A stretch of DNA of 52,195 bases from an uncultured bacterium (GCA_937952315.1 CALFZX010000050.1:1-52195), one strand, 5' to 3'. Counted from the first letter of the stretch, positions 1 through 8,689 are shown. Notes: a model not told the origin generated them from the letters alone. A program made the numbers and translations.

Positions 1-631
1 CGTCACCAAAAACCGTGACAGGCTGATTATTTTTTATCAGATTAAGAAAAATCGGAACGATACCCTGATTGCCGATAATATTTTGTCGCGGTCCGTAGGG
101 GTTTGAAAGGCGAAGAATCAAGTAATCCAAGTCGTGTGTTACTCTAAAGTATTCAAAATATCTCTCCAGAGCGAGTTTTGAGATAGCATAAGGAGAAATT
201 GGTAGCAGTGGATCTTCTTCGGAGTAACTTTCTTTATTCTGGTCTCCGTAAATTGCTCCCCCGGAGGAAGGAAAGATAATCTTTTTGACTTTCGCCTTGA
301 CACATTCTTCAAGAAGTTCTACGGTGCCTTTCAAATTCGTTTCAATATCAATCAGGGGATCTTTCATTGAGGAGCCGGGAGTGGTGAAGGAAACGAAATG
401 AAAAACATAATCAATATTTTCAAGAGCAATTTTTAAATCTTCCCGATTGAGAAAATTTCCTTGAAAAAGTTCCATTTTGCCTCGGTATTCTTCAAGATTG
501 CGCGACTTTCCGTCTTGAAAAAGATCGAAGGCGCGAATTTGATATTTTTCTTCTTTTAACAGGGAAACAGCAAGATTGCTACCGAGAAAACCGTCCGCCC
601 CCAAAATCAGTATCTTTAATTTTTTTTCCAT
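1..631 (-). CDS. NAD-dependent epimerase/dehydratase (SDR family, UDP-sugar 4-epimerase-like); C-terminal part runs off the window
   Basis: Absent from the ORF track because it is open at the window edge. My translation from the ATG at 629-631 reads MEKKLKILILGADGFLGSNLAVSLLKEEKY, which contains the Rossmann GxxGxxG motif. Further on it reads PYAISKLALER, which is the YxxxK catalytic motif. Confidence 0.75.
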   Translation of the reverse strand, partial: MEKKLKILILGADGFLGSNLAVSLLKEEKYQIRAFDLFQDGKSRNLEEYRGKMELFQGNFLNREDLKIALENIDYVFHFVSFTTPGSSMKDPLIDIETNLKGTVELLEECVKAKVKKIIFPSSGGAIYGDQNKESYSEEDPLLPISPYAISKLALERYFEYFRVTHDLDYLILRLSNPYGPRQNIIGNQGIVPIFLNLIKNNQPVTVFGD

Positions 632-636
632 AGAAT

Positions 637-1548
637 TTATTTAGTTCCTTTATATTGACCTAATTGTTCCGCAAAGTGGATAACCGGACTATACATTAGA
701 GCTTTTGTTTTATCAATAAAAGAGGGATTATAGGAATCAATTTGTTCCAAGTCTCTTCGGACTTGATGTTTGGTATTTGCCAAGAGACACTTTATCGTTG
801 GAACATTTTTAATTCCCAAATGCTTAGTATGATATTCGGAGTCTATGAAATTTCGGCGATAAGTTTTCAGTAAACTGTAATCATGAGAATGAAAAACTTT
901 TGATTCCGGCTCAAAAATTATTTTTTTGCCGTCAGCCAAGGCTATTTTGGCAAATTCGACATCTTCCGCAAATGCAATATCAATGGCCGGCTTGCTCAAC
1001 AGATAATCTTTTCTAACGCAGGAAGAAACATCGTTGAAAAAATAATAATTCAATCTTTTCTCATAAAAACTCAATTTATCAAATTCCGCTTGATTTTTAA
1101 TTTGGGCGATAATTTTCTCTTTTCTTCCCGAAAGATCGTTATCGACTTCGATTTTTTTGAGTAAAAAGGCGTTTTTTCTTGGTAGAACTCGTCCACAAAC
1201 CCCAACTACCTCAGGATCTTGAAAATTTTTGGTAATATTTTTTAGCCAATGTTTATCGGCGGGAGTGGCGTCTTGAGTGAGGAAAACGACCAATTGCCCT
1301 TTTGCCATTTCCGCTCCCAGCCTTCTAGTCTTTCCGTGGCCGAATTCTGATTTTTTTATTTCTTTGATTCTGACGGCGGGATATTTTTTAAGTAAAGAAA
1401 TCGTTCTGTCAGTCGACTCGGAATCGATGGCGATTACTTCGAAGCCGTCTTTCAATTTTTGGCTAAAAACCGCTTTTAAAGTTTTCCCGAGATGGTCTTT
1501 TATACCATTGTGAGTCAGTATAATTATTGAGATTTTGGGTCTACTCAT
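637..1548 (-). CDS. Family 2 glycosyltransferase
   Basis: 303 aa. The N-terminus ISIIILTHNG...AIDSESTDRT and the later FLTQDATP match the GT-A fold pattern with a DxD-like motif. It overlaps the upstream gene by 8 nt, so they are in one operon. Confidence 0.8.
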   Translation of the reverse strand: MSRPKISIIILTHNGIKDHLGKTLKAVFSQKLKDGFEVIAIDSESTDRTISLLKKYPAVRIKEIKKSEFGHGKTRRLGAEMAKGQLVVFLTQDATPADKHWLKNITKNFQDPEVVGVCGRVLPRKNAFLLKKIEVDNDLSGRKEKIIAQIKNQAEFDKLSFYEKRLNYYFFNDVSSCVRKDYLLSKPAIDIAFAEDVEFAKIALADGKKIIFEPESKVFHSHDYSLLKTYRRNFIDSEYHTKHLGIKNVPTIKCLLANTKHQVRRDLEQIDSYNPSFIDKTKALMYSPVIHFAEQLGQYKGTK

Positions 1549-2665
1549 TGCTACAAACTTCTTGAATTAGAGAATCGTATTCCGCTATCATTTTTTCAAA
1601 AGGAAATTTTTCTTTTAATCTTTTTTGAGCATTTTTGCCTAAAGTTTTTGCCAGAGAAGGATTTTTGATCAACTTTATAATTTTTTCTTCCAGAGCTTTG
1701 GTGTCTCCCGGCATAATCAAAAGAGCGCTTTTTTCGTCCTCAAGCTGCTCGGCAATACCGTAAGCGTCCGTTGAAACAATAGGCAACCCGAAAGCCATGG
1801 CCTCGAGAATTACCATAGGGAAAGCTTCAATGTATGAATTGCAAACAAAGATATCGCTGATAAAATAATAATCAAAAATATTTTTTGTTTCATTAACGAT
1901 TATTATTTGATCTTGAAACCCACTGGCTTCTATTTTTTTTCGGATTTCTTTTTCGTATTCGTATCCTCGGCCACCTCCGACCATCAAAAATTTTAATTTT
2001 GGGTTGTTTAGTCTATTTAATATTTTTATAGTTGCTTCGGTGAATTCCAGTTGTCCCTTTCTGAGACAAATAGTGCCAATAATATTGATGATAATATCGT
2101 CTTTTTTGAACCCCAATTTTTTTTTGATTATTCTTTTTTGGTTCTTATCAATATATTCGTTAATGTTTTCCCAATTGCCCAAAGTGTTGATTATTGTAAA
2201 ATTGTTATTTGTATTAAGATCCTCGTAAATTTCTTTCGTTGCCTGTGAGGAAAAAACAATTTTGTTTACTTGACTGAAAATTTTTTCGTTCAAGTCTTCA
2301 AAATGGTTAAAGTAAAAATCCCTCTCGCTTTCATGCAGGCACCAAACTATTTTTTCTTTTTCAAAGTCAACTTTTTTTATAAATTTGTATCCGATTATTG
2401 TGTTGACCAAGATTAAATCATATCGGCCTTCAAATTTTGAAATCTCAGTTTCCTGGAGAGTAAAATCCATGATTTCAACAGGAATTTTTTGTTTTTGAAA
2501 AAAAGATTTAAGAGGACCGTCGCACGGTGATGCAAGCGACACGAAATGGCCATTTTTCTTTAGTCCAATCGCTAAATTATAAAGGAAAAAAGGTGCTCCT
2601 TCCAAATTTAAGCTGTGAGTGACAATCAAAATATTCTTATTTTTTTGCAATTTTAAATTGTTCAT
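1541..2665 (-). CDS. Family 4 (GT-B, GT1-type) glycosyltransferase
   Basis: 374 aa. The C-terminal SYIEAFPMVILEAMAFGLPIVSTD is the typical GT4 E-x7-E region. Confidence 0.8.
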   Translation of the reverse strand: MNNLKLQKNKNILIVTHSLNLEGAPFFLYNLAIGLKKNGHFVSLASPCDGPLKSFFQKQKIPVEIMDFTLQETEISKFEGRYDLILVNTIIGYKFIKKVDFEKEKIVWCLHESERDFYFNHFEDLNEKIFSQVNKIVFSSQATKEIYEDLNTNNNFTIINTLGNWENINEYIDKNQKRIIKKKLGFKKDDIIINIIGTICLRKGQLEFTEATIKILNRLNNPKLKFLMVGGGRGYEYEKEIRKKIEASGFQDQIIIVNETKNIFDYYFISDIFVCNSYIEAFPMVILEAMAFGLPIVSTDAYGIAEQLEDEKSALLIMPGDTKALEEKIIKLIKNPSLAKTLGKNAQKRLKEKFPFEKMIAEYDSLIQEVCSNE

Positions 2666-5366
2666 TTTCTAAAGATAAATTGGGATTATAGTAAGGGTCG
2701 TTTTTTATCAGTCTAAGCCATTTTTTTCTAAAATAATTTGGTTCCGCTGGGTCGTCATTATCTGTCCCTCGACTTAAGCTTTCGTGATGGAGGAGTAGGA
2801 TCTCCGGATTCCAAACTATTCTATAGCCAAGAGCGCCTAATTTTAGACAGTAGTCAACATCATTGAAGGCAACGGCCAGATTTTTTTCATCAAAACCATT
2901 GACTTTTTCGAAGAGACTCTTTCTAGTTAACATACAAGCGGCAGTTACGGCGGAATAATTTCTCATAATCAGATTGTAATTTTGGTAACCTCCGTCACTG
3001 ACGTCAATAAATTTGTTGGCGTGGCTAGCTGTTAAATAGCTCATACCTAGAATGACGCCTCCGTGCTGTACTCGGCGATCATCGTAAATAAGTTTTGCTC
3101 CCACGGCTCCAATTTTTTTATCTAGAGAGATCGTTCCCACCATCTCTGTCAACCAATGACTATTTAAGACTTCAACATCGTTGTTCATAAAAACAATGAA
3201 TTCGTTGCTTGTTTGGCTAACGGCAAAATTATTAATTTTTGAAAAATTGAATTTCTTGGTAGGAAAGTCTATGTAGTTGATTCTGTTTCTCTTTAAATAA
3301 TCAAATGTTTCTTTTTTTTCGCTGTTATTGTTTATTATCAACAATTCGTAATTTTTGTAATCAGTTTTTTGTCTAATGCTTTTGATACATTTGCTTAATA
3401 ATCTCACGTTATCTTTAGTGGGGATGATTATAGTAACTTTTTCGGAAAAATTATCTTGATCAAATTTTATTCGGTAGTAGTTTTCAATCATTTTTGATTG
3501 AATAAAACTAGGGACACCAGCTCTACCATTTATTTTTCTTCTCTCTATAGATCTTTTTAGAGCCAACCTTCCATTGATAAGAGATATTTCTTTCCGGGTG
3601 ATTGAATTTTCTAAAGATCTGACAGGGAATCTTTTGTGATAAAGGGCTCTCGGTATGTGGGATATTTTGTCTGTTTTTTCGGCTATTCTCAACATAAGAT
3701 CGTATTCTTCAGCCCCCTTAAACTTATTTTTGTAACCCTTGACATCCTCAATTATTTTCCTGGAGATAAACTTTATTTTGCCTGTGTACTCATTAGAAAT
3801 TATAAGTTCCGGGCTCCAATCGGGCTTAAATTTTGGATCAAATTTCTTGCTGTTTTCGTCTATCAAATCTTCGTCACTGTAAATAACATCGGGTTTGTTT
3901 TTTTCATTTATCTTTTTAGCAAATTCATAAAGGGTGTCTGTATCAAGTTCATCATTAGCGCCCACTAAGGCGAAATAATCACCTCGAGAAGTTTTTACTA
4001 TCTGATCAAAACAAGTAAAAATATTTTTTGCTTTTTCAGAATCAAAGATTCTAATTCTTTTGTCTTTAATTGCAAACTGATTGATTATTTTTTGAATAAT
4101 TTTTTTCTTCTTGGCTCTGTTCACTAAAAACAACTCCCATTTTGGGTAAGATTGGTTTAGTATGGAAAAAATATTTTTTCTTAAAAAAATTTCACTTGGA
4201 AAGTTAATATCCAAGATGATTGAAAATTTAGGCTTAAAGTTAAAACTTTCTATTTTCTTATTTTTCGCATGACGAATCGCAAGGTCTTTTTTCAAGACTA
4301 ATTTTTCGTAAACATTTTCGGAAGGAGATTTCTGCAAAAAATATTCCTTACCATGAGTAATATATTTCGGTATGCACCACAAAAACCTTCTCAGCCCCTT
4401 TTCCCTGAGTACTCTGAAAGCTTCTTTTTGCATATTTAATATATTTTTCGGTCTTAGCTGCTTAGTCTTTAAATATCTTTCTCTGAGTCTCCAAAATTTT
4501 GAATTTTTAATTAATTCGATTTCCCCCGATAGTCTGTTTGTCTTGGAATCCAATAACTCTATTTGTTCATCTTTCTCCGCTATTATGTCTTTGTCTAAAA
4601 TTAATTTTTCTTTTTGAGATTCTATTATTTTTTCCAGCCTTGAAATATTTTTTGTTTGTTCTGTCAAGGCTTCCTTCTTAATGAAAATATGCATCCTTTT
4701 TGAATCCTCACTTAAAAAAGAATATTTTCTCTGTTTTTCTTTTTCATTTTGAAATAATTCTATATATTTTGTTCTTTTTAGAAACAAAACTCCCAGCCCA
4801 AAAGAATGGTGAAATTCAATGCCGTCGTATTTTTTTCTTAATTCCTCCCAAAGTTTGTAGACGCCAAAATCTCCCTTGCTGACAAAAATATCGTGAAACA
4901 TTATGGCTCCGTCTTCTTCAACTTTTGGCAACCAAGTCTCAAAATCGTGTTTAACAGCTTCGTAAGTGTGAAGGCCGTCAATATGCAACAGATCTATTGA
5001 TTTATCCTTAAACTCTGAAACGGCTTCATCAAAAGTTTTTCTGAGTAAATTTATCTTTATTTTCGGATAAAAAGTTTCTTTAATTTTTTTCACTTCATCA
5101 AAAATTTCTTCTCCATAAAAACCGGCGTGCTCCTCTCCTTGCCAGGTGTCAACGGCGGAGATTTCTATATCCAGCTCTCCATCCTTGGCTGCTTGAGCGA
5201 AAGACCAAAGAGAAGTGCCTTTGTGAGTTCCCAACTCAACAATAGTCTTCGGTTTGAAATTGCGGACGAAATCGTAGGCGAAATTTTTGTGGCCGCTCCA
5301 CGGCCAACCGGTATCTTGGAAAATCGCTTCGTACTCGAATTTTGGATCGTAATGTTTAAAAGACAT
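2637..5366 (-). CDS. Multidomain glycan synthase: N-terminal class I SAM methyltransferase (CmcI/Methyltransf_24-like), coiled coil, two tandem GT2 domains
   Basis: 909 aa.
- aa 1-200: VELGTHKGTSLWSF...LLHIDGLHTYEAV, methyltransferase-like.
- aa ~205-300: heptad-rich and charged (EKIIESQKEKLILDKDIIAEKDEQIELLDSK).
- aa ~385-640: first GT2 domain (FSIILDI...NQSYPKWELFLVN...SDED).
- aa ~650-909: second GT2 domain (VTIIIPTKDN...FMNNDVEV...FNDVDYCLK). Confidence 0.75.
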   Translation of the reverse strand: MSFKHYDPKFEYEAIFQDTGWPWSGHKNFAYDFVRNFKPKTIVELGTHKGTSLWSFAQAAKDGELDIEISAVDTWQGEEHAGFYGEEIFDEVKKIKETFYPKIKINLLRKTFDEAVSEFKDKSIDLLHIDGLHTYEAVKHDFETWLPKVEEDGAIMFHDIFVSKGDFGVYKLWEELRKKYDGIEFHHSFGLGVLFLKRTKYIELFQNEKEKQRKYSFLSEDSKRMHIFIKKEALTEQTKNISRLEKIIESQKEKLILDKDIIAEKDEQIELLDSKTNRLSGEIELIKNSKFWRLRERYLKTKQLRPKNILNMQKEAFRVLREKGLRRFLWCIPKYITHGKEYFLQKSPSENVYEKLVLKKDLAIRHAKNKKIESFNFKPKFSIILDINFPSEIFLRKNIFSILNQSYPKWELFLVNRAKKKKIIQKIINQFAIKDKRIRIFDSEKAKNIFTCFDQIVKTSRGDYFALVGANDELDTDTLYEFAKKINEKNKPDVIYSDEDLIDENSKKFDPKFKPDWSPELIISNEYTGKIKFISRKIIEDVKGYKNKFKGAEEYDLMLRIAEKTDKISHIPRALYHKRFPVRSLENSITRKEISLINGRLALKRSIERRKINGRAGVPSFIQSKMIENYYRIKFDQDNFSEKVTIIIPTKDNVRLLSKCIKSIRQKTDYKNYELLIINNNSEKKETFDYLKRNRINYIDFPTKKFNFSKINNFAVSQTSNEFIVFMNNDVEVLNSHWLTEMVGTISLDKKIGAVGAKLIYDDRRVQHGGVILGMSYLTASHANKFIDVSDGGYQNYNLIMRNYSAVTAACMLTRKSLFEKVNGFDEKNLAVAFNDVDYCLKLGALGYRIVWNPEILLLHHESLSRGTDNDDPAEPNYFRKKWLRLIKNDPYYNPNLSLENEQFKIAKK

Positions 5367-5388
5367 GAAAAAATAATTGAAAAAATAT

Positions 5389-6045
5389 TTAAATCATCAT
5401 TTTGCCGAACATTCTGTGTTCTGGTTTTTCTACCGTTCCTTTTTCTATAACTAGAATACTATCATAAAAATGAAGAGACTTGGCGGTTTTGGTAAAATCA
5501 TTAACTTTTAAGGATTTCTCATGGGAATGCCAAGCATTTATTTGATCTATAAAATTTTTACTGTATTCAATAAATGTTCCAGGTTTTTTATATCCGCCAC
5601 CGTATTCTTCCCAATAAGAAGTATGTAAATCCTCGCAAAGATAGACCCCATTATCTTTTATGTGGGGATACAGTTCTTCAAAAGTTATTATTTGTTGATT
5701 CATGGTGTGGCCTCCATCGTCTAACAAAATATCAATTTTTTGAATTTTTTGTTTTAGGCTTTTTAAAAAATTCCTGTCTTCTTGAGAACCAATCATTATT
5801 TCTATTTGATCTTCTTCTAGCTCTTTGCATTTTGGATTAATGTCTAATCCAAAAATTTTAGCTTTTTTGCCAAAATATTCTTTCCACATCTGTAAAGATC
5901 CCCCTTGGTAAACCCCAACTTCTAAAATCGTGATTTCTTTACCTCTAAATTTGGAAAAATGTCGATCGTAGATTTCAAAAAAATGATTCCATTTATGAAT
6001 GAGATTTCTTTGATTTGTTTCGAAATATTTTTGTAAATCGTTCAT
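5389..6045 (-). CDS. Class I SAM-dependent methyltransferase (CmcI / rhamnosyl O-methyltransferase-like)
   Basis: 218 aa. ILEVGVYQGGSLQMW...IFGLDIN...LLDDGGH is a SAM-binding pattern. Its start abuts the wzt stop codon. Confidence 0.7.
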   Translation of the reverse strand: MNDLQKYFETNQRNLIHKWNHFFEIYDRHFSKFRGKEITILEVGVYQGGSLQMWKEYFGKKAKIFGLDINPKCKELEEDQIEIMIGSQEDRNFLKSLKQKIQKIDILLDDGGHTMNQQIITFEELYPHIKDNGVYLCEDLHTSYWEEYGGGYKKPGTFIEYSKNFIDQINAWHSHEKSLKVNDFTKTAKSLHFYDSILVIEKGTVEKPEHRMFGKMMI

Positions 6046-7383
6046 CTATGTCCAATTATATTTTAAATTAATTATTCCTTGGTTTTTATCTAAAGAAACC
6101 ATTCTGAAGCCTTTTGATTTGGTAAGAAAATCATAAGTGGCAGAAACATTTTTCCCCCAAATACCAGATTGAATATAGTACGAATTGGTTTTGAGGGGCA
6201 TTTTTTCGTATTTAACTTCAATAAATCCTCTTTTAACAAAATTATTGGTATTAACTCGGTCTATAAAGGTGTTTATACCAAAGCAGTAAGTTCCCTCTTG
6301 ACTGTAAATTGCCACCCCAAAGTTTAATTCACCTTTAAAATCTTTTCTTTGTTTAAAGTACACCCTGACCGTCAGATCCTCTCCCGTCCGAAATACATTC
6401 TTCACTTTACCGTTTTTGTCGAGGAATTCGACTTTGGTGATTTCGGCGATTTTGGGAGCTTGTCGGGACGGGTCGCGACCTGTCCGTGCATCGCGATCTG
6501 TCCGTGCGTCGGGGGGCGTATCGGTGGTGTCGGTAGGGGCGTATTGCAATACGCCCGTACGAGAAAGAGACGCATGCAATGCGTCTCTACGTTCCGCCGC
6601 AATGCGTTTGCGTTTTTCTTCGTTGAATAATCTTTTCTCCTCGTCGGACATGTTTTGATAGATGTATTTGTTGCCCACTTTTTCCGGGTCGCCGATCATG
6701 ACCACTTTGCCGGAACGGAGGAGCAGCGCGCGGTCGCAGTAGCGTTGGACGGTGGCGATGTCGTGGGTGACGAGGATAACCGTCTTGCCCATTTCCTTGT
6801 ACTTATTAAACTCCTCCATGCACTTCGACTGAAAATTACTGTCGCCGACGGCCAAAACCTCGTCCATGAGGAGGATGTCTCGATTGGCGTGGATGGCCAC
6901 GGAGAAGGCGAGCCTGACTTGCATGCCGGAGGAATAGTTCTTGACTTTTTGATCAATAAATCTTCTCAGCTCGGAAAAGGCGACGATGTCGTCAAATTTT
7001 TCTTTGATTTGTTTAGTGGATAATCCCAATACAGAGGCGTTCAAGAAAATATTATCGCGACCGGAAAGTTCTGGATTGAAGCCGATGCCCAGCTCGAGAA
7101 AGGGAGAAATTAGACCGTTGATTTGGACTTTACCGCTGTCGGGTGTGTAGATGCTGGCCAGAATCTTCAATAAAGTCGATTTGCCGGAGCCGTTTCTTCC
7201 GATGATGCCGAAGAACTCCCCCTTTTTTACTTCAAAGGAAACATTGTCAAGAGCTTTAAACTCATCCACTCCTTTGTTTCGCAAAGCATTGACAAAAGCA
7301 CCCCTTAAAGTGGAAATTTTTTCCTTGGGGATTTTGAAAGTCTTGCTGACATTCTGAACGGCAATGGCAATATTTTTACTCAT
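6046..7383 (-). CDS. wzt: Polysaccharide/O-antigen ABC exporter ATP-binding protein (Wzt/TagH type) with C-terminal Wzt_C-like beta-sandwich domain
   Basis: 445 aa. It has Walker A GRNGSGKST, signature YSSGMQVRL, Walker B ILLMDE and H-loop VTHD. A further ~145-aa C-terminal domain (EITKVEFLDKNG...LTVRVYF...FGVAIYS) resembles the Wzt carbohydrate-binding domain. Confidence 0.85.
   Translation of the reverse strand: MSKNIAIAVQNVSKTFKIPKEKISTLRGAFVNALRNKGVDEFKALDNVSFEVKKGEFFGIIGRNGSGKSTLLKILASIYTPDSGKVQINGLISPFLELGIGFNPELSGRDNIFLNASVLGLSTKQIKEKFDDIVAFSELRRFIDQKVKNYSSGMQVRLAFSVAIHANRDILLMDEVLAVGDSNFQSKCMEEFNKYKEMGKTVILVTHDIATVQRYCDRALLLRSGKVVMIGDPEKVGNKYIYQNMSDEEKRLFNEEKRKRIAAERRDALHASLSRTGVLQYAPTDTTDTPPDARTDRDARTGRDPSRQAPKIAEITKVEFLDKNGKVKNVFRTGEDLTVRVYFKQRKDFKGELNFGVAIYSQEGTYCFGINTFIDRVNTNNFVKRGFIEVKYEKMPLKTNSYYIQSGIWGKNVSATYDFLTKSKGFRMVSLDKNQGIINLKYNWT
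6460..6612. repeat. GC-rich palindromic element embedded in frame in the wzt linker
   Basis: It contains a 20-bp perfect palindrome, gggcgtattgcaatacgccc (6537-6556). It also contains a hairpin, agagacgcat-gca-atgcgtctct (6566-6588), and the direct repeat ctgtccgtgc x2. By hand count, GC is 41/60 for 6481-6540 versus 17/60 for flanking 6301-6360. The same motif pair, in the same order, recurs at 20591-20650. Confidence 0.7.
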
Positions 7384-7427
7384 AAAAAAAACATAGCCGA
7401 TTTTTTTGGATTGTGAAAAAAATTTAC
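7368..7427. repeat. Direct repeat copy A (wzt promoter + first 5 codons; the functional copy)
   Basis: The sequence is caatatttttactcataaaaaaaacatagccgatttttttggattgtgaaaaaaatttac. It is near-identical to 9130-9188 and 10695-10753. Confidence 0.9.
7390..7417 (-). promoter_or_regulatory. Candidate sigma70-type promoter of wzt, present in all three repeat copies
   Basis: On the minus strand it reads TTCACA, a 16-nt spacer, then TATGTT, with 6 nt between the -10 box and the ATG. That geometry implies a leaderless or nearly leaderless mRNA. There is no Shine-Dalgarno between the -10 box and the ATG. Confidence 0.35.
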
Positions 7428-7449
7428 AAAAAATAAAAATGTGGTTTAT

Positions 7450-7472
7450 TTTGTAATAATAATTGTTACAAA
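7450..7472 (+). promoter_or_regulatory. Inverted repeat, candidate operator of the RHH antitoxin
   Basis: tttgtaa-N9-ttacaaa lies 13 nt upstream of the antitoxin start. RHH antitoxins typically autoregulate through such palindromes. Confidence 0.3.
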
Positions 7473-7484
7473 TAATTTAAAACC

Positions 7485-7703
7485 ATGAGAGATATAGTTA
7501 ATATTTCGTTAACCGCCTCTTTGAACAAAATCGTCGAGAGGGAAATGAAAAAAGGAATGTTCGCTTCTAAGAGCGAATTCTTTCGTTATTTGATTCGACA
7601 ATGGCAAGAAAAAGAATTGTCCGATGAGCTTGCGCTTGATAGAAAACTTTTTGAAGCTGGTAAAGGAAAAGAGCTAAAGTCTTTAAAGTCTCTGCGTAAA
7701 TAA
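7485..7703 (+). CDS. Ribbon-helix-helix (CopG/Arc-type) antitoxin
   Basis: 72 aa. The N-terminus IVNISLTASLNKIVEREMKKGMFASKSEFFRYLIRQW fits the beta-alpha-alpha RHH pattern. It ends 6 nt before the toxin gene. Confidence 0.6.
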   Translation: MRDIVNISLTASLNKIVEREMKKGMFASKSEFFRYLIRQWQEKELSDELALDRKLFEAGKGKELKSLKSLRK

Positions 7704-7709
7704 TTAAAA

Positions 7710-7970
7710 ATGGTAAAAATTCTCTACTTACCAAAGTTTGCTAAACAATATAGCAAGCTACCTCAAACCGTACAGAAAGAGGCGGAGAAGAAGGAAAAAA
7801 TTTTTCGCAAAAATCCTTTTGACGGTAGACTTAAAACACACAAGTTAAAAGGGCGATTGAGAGATTTTTATTCTTTTTCTATTTCTTACAGTCATCGTAT
7901 AATTTTCGATTTTGAGAGTGAGGAGGTGGTAAGGTTCTATCTTATTGGGAATCATGATATTTACGAGTAG
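7710..7970 (+). CDS. RelE/ParE-superfamily type II toxin (mRNA interferase-like)
   Basis: 86 aa. HKLKGRLRDFYSFSISYSHRIIFDFESEEVVRFYLIGNHDIY matches the RelE/StbE consensus (kL.g.l.g.y..ri.g.yRiiy.....v.i..ig.H..iY). Confidence 0.65.
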   Translation: MVKILYLPKFAKQYSKLPQTVQKEAEKKEKIFRKNPFDGRLKTHKLKGRLRDFYSFSISYSHRIIFDFESEEVVRFYLIGNHDIYE

Positions 7971-8041
7971 AGAATCGATTTTTCAGGATAAAATAAAAAC
8001 CCGCCCTTATTAAAAAATAGGAGCGGGGAGCTAAGATAAAC

Positions 8042-8689
8042 TTATTTTATCCGTTTATTTTTCTCTAAGCAAACTTGATTTTTCATATTCCACCAAAGAT
8101 ATTTGGCACAATAGGAAAACTCTTTTGAAGAATCGCTCGACAAGACTTTTTGCATGTTTTTGAAAAAGAAATCTTTTGATTTTTCTGAAGATTTTTGGGC
8201 AGTATTTTCCTTAATTAGAGAAATTACAACCTGATTGGAAGGCTCTAAAAAAAGTTTAGCTATTTTATCTTCTGAAGGTCTTGATATTTTGTGCTCATCG
8301 TAACAGAAAATAAAATCTTTCAGGTATCCGATGTACGAAAGAGTTCCTCTTTTCACGCTTTCTTTGCCTAGTTTGCTAGCAGACTGACAAGAAAGAGCAT
8401 AAACCGTTTTGTTACTTAAAGTTTTTTCGTTTTTTCCAACTTTAACTAAAAATTTATTATTATATCCACAGATCATATCTTCTCTGCCATGACCATTCAC
8501 AAAAATAAGGCCGGGGTTGTGTTTTTTTATCCTACTTTCAAATTCCTTCCTGTTAGCTTTCTCTTTTTTTAAATCAAAAACTCTGAAACATTTCTTCTCA
8601 GCCAAAAGCAGAATTTCTTTGGCCCAAGAGAACAAGTATCTTGTCGTGATGTCATGATTGGGGCGAGTAACCAAAATTGTTTTATCCAT
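8042..8689 (-). CDS. Predicted caspase-hemoglobinase-fold (CHAT/gingipain-like) cysteine protease, minimal 215-aa form
   Basis: The pattern alternates beta and alpha elements. His67 follows a hydrophobic strand (GLIFVNGHG; codon 8489-8491). Cys101 follows the next hydrophobic strand (TVYALSCQSAS; codon 8387-8389). The 34-residue His-Cys spacing and the LSxCQS motif resemble CHAT and gingipain catalytic dyads. The fold call is inference. Confidence 0.4.
   Translation of the reverse strand: MDKTILVTRPNHDITTRYLFSWAKEILLLAEKKCFRVFDLKKEKANRKEFESRIKKHNPGLIFVNGHGREDMICGYNNKFLVKVGKNEKTLSNKTVYALSCQSASKLGKESVKRGTLSYIGYLKDFIFCYDEHKISRPSEDKIAKLFLEPSNQVVISLIKENTAQKSSEKSKDFFFKNMQKVLSSDSSKEFSYCAKYLWWNMKNQVCLEKNKRIK

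Noticed and set aside
6349-7023. Cluster of 66-122-aa ORFs on both strands inside wzt (6349-6630+, 6402-6602-, 6416-6658+, 6655-7023+, 6696-6956-)
   Set aside because: They arise because the GC-rich segment is poor in stop codons. All lie inside a well-supported ABC ATPase reading frame, and their products are low-complexity.
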